A DNA stretch of 63,598 nt, counting the filler, from Platydemus manokwari (Eukaryota), in the NCBI GenBank assembly GCA_037951405.1. It is 5 parts of 5 records of this genome, joined end to end, with 100 filler letters (N's around TTAATTAATTAA, not from the genome) between each part and the next. Parts side by side here need not be neighbours in the genome. Positions count along the whole stretch, not along the records: positions 52,199 to 63,598 come from JBBMOY010699986.1; 4 more parts are not named here. One strand, written 5' to 3'. The notes beneath the pieces were generated by a model. That model was not told the origin of the DNA. It searched no databases and saw nothing but the letters and a program-made list of their open reading frames with translations. Below are positions 55,201 to 63,598 of the stretch, piece by piece. Each line of letters begins with the position of its first letter. Within the stretch, counting starts at the first letter, position 1. Position numbers and translations under genes: made by a program.

Positions 55201-55914
55201 AACACGCACACCAGTAATATTTCATCTCTAAAATTGTCAATAAATTTATATTTATTGAATCTAAATATTCGATATGTTTGAAACTTCTCGTTACAATCAA
55301 TAATTGCAGTTTTATTAAAATTACTAGCTCAAACTAATTGTTTTATTTTTTCCCCAACAAGACCTGGCATTGGTAACAACATTCTCCACGATTTGGTACG
55401 TATTTGCTGTTGTGGGATCATTTAAATGAAAATAAAATTCTAAATATGAATTACAGATTTGAATTTAAACAGAATTTATGTTTTGATTTCGTTGTTTTTG
55501 TGAGGTGTTCTGATAATTCAGAATCGATTACGGATAATGCCTGTTTTATTAATTTTATATGTATACGTTAAAGTACATCGACATAAGGTTTTACCCGCAA
55601 TAAATCTGACTCTTGCAGTATTTAGGGTGAGTGTAAATATTGTTAGGCTAAGTTCAATAAATAAAAATATGAAACGTGCTTTTTCGCCAACATTAACGAA
55701 AATGATTATTGATTGCTTCTGTTTTTGAAAGTTTTTTGCTACCAGTTAGTATTGATCGTATTTGATTTGGGTTTAGTTTGTCTAATGGTTCTTTTCAGAA
55801 CTACCGACACCGACCAACTTCATTACATATCACATGCTTTCTAAACATCGATATAAGACCACACAAGGTTTTAATAAAGATATTGATTGATTTCATTGTA
55901 TGCATCAACCATCT

Positions 55915-56161
55915 TTCATCACACGGTTACTTCACCATCTCCCCTTTTAGTATTTTTACTCCAATCAGAACAAAGTTTTGTGATTTTCAGAAAATATTTC
56001 ATTGAAAACATGACCAAATTAAATATTTTGCTTTTGTTACAAATTACGAATAAATTTAACATATATTCGATCTTCAGTCTGAAAATTCTTGAAGTGTTGC
56101 GTAAATAGTATCGAAGGTTGAAGCTGGAACATTTATTGACTCTCACAGTGCTAATCAGCAC
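55915..56161 (-). mobile_element. Possible decayed Tc1-like transposase remnant
   Basis: LVMFS(x)KYF and KRGDGEVTV* occur in the order and rough spacing of Tc1 VIFSDE..F and GGGSVMVW. Weak. Confidence 0.3.
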
Positions 56162-59100
56162 AGAAACAACTCAAAAAATCAATACTTTGATTTTCTCTAC
56201 TGGCAATATAACGTGTTTGCAAACTAGTTTATAATCTAAAATTTGGTTTTGGGTGATAAACGTCTATTCATTCATACGGTTTTCACGATTTCAATTTGAT
56301 TTATTGATTTATCATTAGCTGCCCGGTTTATATGCAATTAAGTAGTAACATATTTTACCGGATGCTAATCATTGTTCTTTTTTGCATCTGATTTTTCAGT
56401 AATCACACCGGTGCAAATATGTATTTATCGAATCGGGGTTTCCAAGCTCCTAAAAGTGGCAAATTTAAAGGGAATCTCCTGCATTCGACATAAATACAAT
56501 CTTAAATTCTTTTATGCATACTTAAAGGATACGCTAATATGAAACCAAAATCCTTAAACAACATGTAACTACAGTCAAGTGCAATGTAAACAAGTCAATA
56601 CAGAGAACATTAGTTCCCAATCAATGCATATTAAGTTTTGTGTTACAGTAAATAGAATGGCATATCTTATTTAAATCTTTTCCGAACAAAATATGCTAGT
56701 TTTCCATGAAGTTTAAGATATATCGATCAACAAATTACAAAATTTTCAATACCTGGCTAAATTTTATGTTCAACTTTGACTTTTCTAATAGAATTTTTGA
56801 ATTCTCTTAATATTATGAAATCAATAATTAAGTTTATTTCATTGATTTTCTATAATTCATCAGAAAATCTGATTCTAGTAAGAATCTTGCGTTCTAATGA
56901 ACTCTGAAAATTTTTAAATTTTTAACTTAAAAGTGGTGTAATTATTAAAATTATTTTTGATTGGTCAAAAAGTAAATTTGTTGTCAAAATTGATTATATA
57001 TCATTAATTTATTTTATGCTGCATTCCATTAACTCTTTATTTACATCCACACACGTATTATCATAAGCCCTTTATTTCGAGCCATTTATTTGTTGAGATA
57101 AGTGAATCTACAACTGTAAGAGAATTGTAGTGAACAATGAATTCAAACTGATAAATATAATACACATTTATCAAGATGGCATCAAAAATAATTTTAATAA
57201 AAGCGTATTCTGTAAAAATTTTCAATGAAAAAATTAATAAAAATTGAAATTTTAACAAATTATTTTAATAAATCAATTTTGTTACTAAAAATAGGCACAT
57301 GGACAAAAATAGAAACAGCTGAGTCTAAATATGCCACACTGTTACCAAAAATAGAAATAAATCTTAGAAAAGTAACAAAGCATTCCAAATATCGAACCAT
57401 ACTCATTAAGACACACAGACAAATGCAACTCATTTACTACTATATACAATGTAAGTAAGAGTCACATTTCCAGCAATATTTTATACACAACAGTTACCTG
57501 CACGATTGTATTTTATCATTTTGATTCACATTACTTACCACAACATCAGTAATTAAATTTTCGAATGTCTTTTCTTTCCAAAAATTTTTCCATAATTTCT
57601 CACCGAGTAACAGATGCCTCAACACCAATTTTTTGGTTTACAAATACCGGTCATGAAAAATTTGTAGATCGTTTAGCCATGGTACAATACACATGTCATT
57701 CATTCAAGACAAATAAAGCAACGCTGATTTCTTTTGGTCATTTCATTAGGCGTTCCATAAAATTCATAAAACAAGAAAAAAATTATAAAAAAAAAAAGTA
57801 ACAGACATTTTAAGTACAATTTTGAAAGTGAGATTTTTTTTTGTTTTTACTGATTATTTATAATTTCGTTTACAGTAGCCAAATTCTTTCTGTGAAGTCT
57901 CAAATGACCTGAAGCAATGAGACGTCAAAGAGCTTTAAGGATATTTATAATCGTGAGGATTAATCATAAATAGCATCAGAATAACAGCTATTAAATCTGG
58001 TAAACCTGCTAATTTTTGAATTAGAAGTTATTTTCGGGTGTCAGAATCGATTTGATTCAAAAAAATGAGTTTCGCGTTATTATGAGCTGACTAATATAAA
58101 TATTTTTTTTATTGTTAAACAGTGGATTGATAAAAAATTTAAGTAAATATTGTTTAGCATTTATTTATTTATTTATTCCAATTGAAAATCACAAAATTAA
58201 TTTCAATAAAATGCACTGATCAATTATTATAAAATTAGCTCTTATAACGAATGAATAAATATTTACATAATATGGGAAATGAGATGTTCACAACTTGTCA
58301 GGATTCATCCTCATGTATATTTGAATAAAATTTACTTTTCAAGACAATGTTTGTATGGATTGTCATTATTTCTGTTAATTAACGAGCTTTCACAGAAGTC
58401 ATTGTATAATTTTAGAAAATATTGATCAAAATAAATTCTCTTGACAAAACATGGTATAACTTTATATGAACATTAGCAGCGGTACTTCACGGATGATACT
58501 GCTGAGTAAATAAATTATTTTTTGTTTTACATTCGTAATTTTTTTCCAATCAATTTTCTGAAATTTTTAATGTGATATTTGTTTACTGCTTACATCAACT
58601 ATTATTGAGTCGCATTCGTGTATGTGACCATATTTTTTTATATGTAGATTTTTTTGTTGCCATTTTCAGATATATTTCTATTTATGTTAGCAGTGTACTA
58701 TTTTTAGCAACAATTGTTTCTATTTTCGTCCATTTTGGTTATAGAAATATTATAATGATTTTCTTCTTCGTTATCTTTAAAAAATTAATTTATTAAGACA
58801 ATTCCGCAAAGTTTTTAATTTTTTAATATTGTTTTTCTCCGAAAATTTTTTTGTCGAATTATAAATTTATTTTTAGTATACATTGTCAGTTATACTTTTG
58901 AGATCTACATTTAAAATTATATTTTCTACGTTCGTACTTATAATTTATTTTTTCAAAAATGTTAAATCTCTCAATGCTTATATGAACTTTGATTAATTTG
59001 AAATAGTTTATTTATGAATCACTCACTGTTCCTTGGTTCAATTAATAGGCTTATAAATTAAAACTTTAAAACTGAACTAAATAAAACAGTACATTTTTTA

Positions 59101-60637
59101 TTTAACCTAAGCAATGGCTTGTGACATAATAATTATCATAATTATTTCTCTACTAACTACTACTGAGGTTTGGGTGTCGATGGTTTATGAGGACTTATTT
59201 ATACAGCTAGGTGAGTCATGTTACATGGTTTAAGCTTCTCTTAACTTCCTACATATATATGAGCGATTGTTCGGCAGCAAATTTTCACTTTACCTTTGAA
59301 GGTTAAATGGTATATTTGGTTACTATGTGTTCATTTCTTTTTGTTGGATATCTATTATTATTTAGTCTTGTTATGAAAATATAGAATGAGCCAACTATGA
59401 GTTAATGATTAAATCATTCTTTGTGTAAAATATCATTGCTTAATATTTTTTGAACATGTTGGAGACAGACAAAAAACAAAAATCCGACAGTCATTCGAAT
59501 TGGGAATGAGAAGACTGATAATGTACTCGGTGAATCTGACGATGAAAAAATATTTCAACAGTTGAAAAGGAGGAATGTAAGTAGAGAATCATAAGAGAAA
59601 AGGAGAATAACGAGGTAAAAACAGCTCACAGTACCTCGTAACAATACAGTAGTTTTTGAAAGGTTATACAGGAGTTGAAGATAAAATAAAAAAGGAAAGA
59701 GTGATGAGCTGAAATATGATCTCAATATCAGATTAATGAAAAACAAATTAGTATTCCAAATCACAATCCAAAGCCAAAATGTCATCTGACATTTATTGAA
59801 TTAAATATTAATTTCATTATCCTTGTTCTGGCATTTATTTGATTATCTTTGTATAAAATTTTTTAATTTTTGACATTTATTTTTTAATATTTATTTGATT
59901 CTTTCAAATTTTCTTTGTATAAAATGATTATTTCATAACGAATAATATTGAAATGTGCAAGAAAAAATATGATTTTTGAAATAATAAAAAACAAATTTTT
60001 TACTTATAAAAAGAGAAAAGAAAACGGATGGAAATTATTTATAATAATAGTCAAATAGATAAAGATAATTAAATAGGACAACGGTGCAAAGTACTAAAAT
60101 AATTTAAAATCGAAAAGTGAATAATAAAAACCAATGATCGGCGGTGCGATGTACAGAAAAACACAAAAAAAAACATAAAATAGTCTTTGAAAATACGAAT
60201 AGACCATTAGTATATAATTGGTTTTAATTTTGTATTAGCGATTGATACAGTTGGACGTTAAAAGTTGCCTTTGGAATAATCAATATTTGAAAAAATAAAT
60301 GAAGCAAAATAGTTGCACATTCAATACATTTCATAAAAATAATACCCGTCAAAAAGTTTTGCCACTTTAGAGAACACAATAATTTATTAATTTCAATCTT
60401 CAATTTTTCAACAAAGTTCCTGTGATCACACCAACGTCATGGTTATATAAATTTTTGTGTCAGTTAAATTGTTCGCTATTTTTCATTGTAATTAATTTGA
60501 ATTCAATAAATTTTAGAAAATAATGTGTTTGTATTGCATTGCTAAAAGGTAACTGCGTTCATATTAGATCAATTAATATTGTTAAGTGATCAAAAGATTA
60601 AAAAAATAAATAAATAAATAAACTTACCTTTTGCTGA

Positions 60638-60701
60638 AAATTAGTCCTGGTTCGGGCCTTCTTAGGCCTCATCAGTACATCACTCTAGATAGGACTTATT
60701 T
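60638..60701 (-). ncRNA. Type III hammerhead ribozyme-like motif B (stems largely intact, core degenerate)
   Basis: Minus strand: AAAUAAGUCCU-AUC | UAGA GUGA UGUA | CUGAUGA | GGCCU AAGA AGGCC | C GAAC C | AGGACUAAUUU. Stem III AGUCCU/AGGACU (extends to 10 of 11 bp), stem I 3 of 4 bp, stem II 5 bp perfect. GAAA is replaced by CGAAC. Confidence 0.75.
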
Positions 60702-60767
60702 ATCCCTGGGACTTTTCAAGACCTACAGATGCAATGCTGATGTTAATAGTTTAATGAAGCGGAAAGT

Positions 60768-60826
60768 GTTCCATTTCGGTCTTTCAGGGGCATCATCAGT
60801 GCCTCAAACCAGAAACAGATCGGACT
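60768..60826 (-). ncRNA. Type III hammerhead ribozyme-like motif A (core intact, stems II/III degenerate)
   Basis: Minus strand: AGUCCG-AUC | UGUUUC UGGUUU GAGGCA | CUGAUGA | UGCCCCUGAAAGACC | GAAAU GGAAC. Stem I is 6 bp with two G-U pairs. CUGAUGA, GAAA and the AUC triplet are in correct register with an A-U 16.2/15.2 pair. Confidence 0.65.
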
Positions 60827-63239
60827 AAAAGAAATCCGTCTACATACCAATTTAGAGACCAATTCAATACCCTGGATTTCTACATCGTGACTAAAAATTC
60901 ACTCAAAACCAGACGAGACTTTTAAGCTCTGACTGCCAATAAATGTTGACTCATTTTTTCCGTCTGGGCAAATCCCGTTGGATTACGAAAAATTATAAAA
61001 ATCAAATTCATAAATCATTACAGATTGAACAGCGACCATGATGGATGGCCGCGGTTCAATTAGAGAATTAATTAAAAATAATAATTATATTATAATTAAT
61101 TATAATTATTATATAAAGTGCATATTATTAGTTAGTATAAATAGTTAAAAAAAATTTGTTTAAATTCAATATATAGTAAGCATGTTGGAAATATTCTATT
61201 TTACATTAAATTTTCATGTTTTAGAGTACCAAAGTGTGTGCGCACTAGGTTGTCCCTTTTGATTGATTTTGTGCTTTAAATGTACAATTTCATTCAAATA
61301 AATATGATTTTTTCATTTTGTTTTAACTCAGTATCCATTTAGTTGTATTCAACATAAAGAACAATATATGCCTTTATCAAGAACTCATGTTGTTGAGATT
61401 CATAACTATATTCAAGCACCATGAACTCAACAAACAATAAAAACATTGCACGGAGTCGTTACATAAATTTTCATTAATAGACATTACCACTTAACATTTC
61501 AAATTTTGTAAATTTATAGTTCCTTGGGGTAATGGATCCTTTATTTTCAGGTTTTTAATTAACATTTAAAATAGGGATAATTGTTCTGCCTATTTAAAAC
61601 ATTCAGCTACACGCTTCCATTTGTGTTGATTCATCCAATAAATGTGAAACAAAACTAAAAAATTTTATTAACAGAACTTCATTTAGTTATCTTTAAAAAA
61701 TCAATATGTTTTCATACCATCAACCAAGACCAGGTTGGTTGTATTTATTTAATTTCTCCATTTTGAATAGATGGTTTTCAGAATTTTAGAAATGCGAGTA
61801 TATTGTTATTATATTCAATAATTGCGTGCCTAGGGGATACATGTAACTGTTTTATGAAACAATTTTAAAAATGCATTACATTATAATTCATTTGAAAATA
61901 TACGATTTAATTCATGATTTCAATGTAATCAGAAAAATATATTACGACGATGAATTAAATAAATGTAAAAACTTTTTAAAATTATTTATCCTGTAATTCT
62001 GTAATTTTGTTTCTTTAAAATATTGAGTAATTCTCATTGCAACATTTACAGTTTTGATTGCACAAATATCTATCTTATGCCTAAATATTGAGAATGCTAA
62101 ATATAATTTCCATATTAATTATGAAAAATAGATTTCTACCTCACTCTAATGCTTGTTCATTTATGAGAGTAGTTGAAATACATTTCATCATTAGTAAAAT
62201 TATTCTCGAGCAGCAGTCTACGTAATACAGGTATTAGTAAAATTAAATGTCCTAAGATCAACAGCATGGAATATAGTGGAAATGAATCGTTATGATAATT
62301 TATTAATTATGACGCATGCTGAGACGAAACGTGTTGTTTTGTTGCTAATAAAATGAAGATTTGAAGTAAAATTATTGAGCTGGTTCAGCTTATATTCTGG
62401 TATAGAATTCACTGCAATTGCAAAATAAACAAAAAAAATAATATTTTTGATAAAAACGATAATAAATTGTTGGAAAAATTTTCTAATATCATGCTACAAA
62501 AATCACCTTAACATAGAAAAATCTGATCTGTTGGTATTACTTTTTATTTATCATCGACCAATTATCTGAATTAGTGATGAATTATGTTTTGTGTTCTTTT
62601 TAACCAGAATTTAGATCCGAGATGGAAAAGATCAGCAGACATGATTAGCAGTAAAATTAGCAAAATTATCGTTGATAAAAATAATATTATTCTATGTTGG
62701 TGTAATAATAATTTTTATTATTATTTTTGATTGCATATCATATTTTCTGGCATAACTCCAGACCATTACACACGTGTTGTAAATTTCCAAAACAACTCAA
62801 GTTTTGTTAAGGAAATTCGTTAAAGATAATTGGAAAATTTTGGAAATATTAATGAAGCTCCTGTAAACTTTCAGTTACTAGCATTTAAAATTAAGAATTC
62901 GAATAGCGCAGATTTCTATCGAAAGATGAAATCATAGGTTTCACAGTTATGCCGTCATTTATGGGAGAAATAGTTACGTTAGATGAACAACAATTCAAAT
63001 AAAATTCCCGTAATAATGTGATCAAGAAAATCAAAGGAAAGGTCATAAGTATTTATGCTTAAGGCCGGAAAATTTCGGCAGTCTATAACAATGATATCCT
63101 ATCGACATACACTTCTAATAACGTAAAATTTGGAGTATTGGATAATAAGCGGAAATCGGTAATTTATGAAGCCAAATCAGTTAATATCTTCATCATCTAG
63201 TAAAATTTGAGCATAGTTTCTTGTACAAATCTTTAACAT

Positions 63240-63430
63240 TCGGCCTTTTTTTTGACTGACACACACTGGAGTTCATCTTCCATAGACAGCAATTGTGCTC
63301 GTTTCTTATGTTTGATAGTTGTCAGAGTTGAAAATCGAAATTCACAATAATATGAGATTGAAAATTGCACAAGACGGTGTAGCGCTTTCTGGGCAATTGC
63401 ATGATATTCCTTTTCGACCAGCAACCAAAA
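63240..63430 (-). mobile_element. hAT (Buster/ZBED5-like) transposase C-terminal dimerisation domain fragment
   Basis: FWLLVEKEYHAIAQKALHRLVQFSISYYCEFRFSTLTTIKHKKRAQLLSMEDEL matches the hATC pattern FW.....YP.L...A...L..F.TSYLCE..FS....IK.K.R..L..EDEL. Confidence 0.88.
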
Positions 63431-63528
63431 TATATAAAAGCAAACCTAATAGTGGTAGGACAAAGTGATCTTTAAAATGTAGCGAGTTTAATTATGTTAA
63501 ATTTAGTATATTTAAACAATAAATAATA

Positions 63529-63529
<1 letters not shown>

Positions 63530-63598
<69 letters not shown>
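63530..63598. repeat. (AAT)n microsatellite to window end
   Basis: Perfect trinucleotide run. Confidence 0.98.

Noticed and set aside
60700-60760. Twister-like words (UAACA..GC...GGUC..AAGUCC..GGAUAAA) between the two hammerheads, and a plus-strand CUGAUGU
   Set aside because: I could not build P1/P2/P4 and both pseudoknots, nor a plus-strand hammerhead with stems I and II.

Overview
Very AT-rich, intron-containing animal genomic DNA stitched from several contigs: four identical 100-nt N44-TTAATTAATTAA-N44 linkers and one plain N gap. The AT content, (AAT)n tracts and ~50-nt introns suggest a freshwater planarian-like flatworm (inference only). Host genes read by hand: a complete 5-exon ATG101 (minus, 4476-7487), the three 3' exons of a CDC14 phosphatase (plus, 26131-27647), the last exon of a divergent G-alpha 12/13-like gene (minus, 29994-30650) and two transmembrane/cytoplasmic exons of an L1CAM/neuroglian-like gene (minus, 50858-51620). 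The rest is mostly decayed mobile DNA: a Polinton/Maverick-like remnant, several Tc1/mariner pieces, a TIR-bounded pogo element, a hAT (Buster-like) fragment, a non-LTR RT fragment and a ~5-kb gypsy-like relic with a DEDDh (REX4/ISG20-like) exonuclease upstream of gag. The most unusual signal is a ~420-nt GC-enriched island (60638-61060) that folds best on the minus strand. It holds two tandem, partly degenerate type III hammerhead ribozyme motifs preceded by a chain of hairpins. All family assignments come from motif recognition by eye, not database searches.
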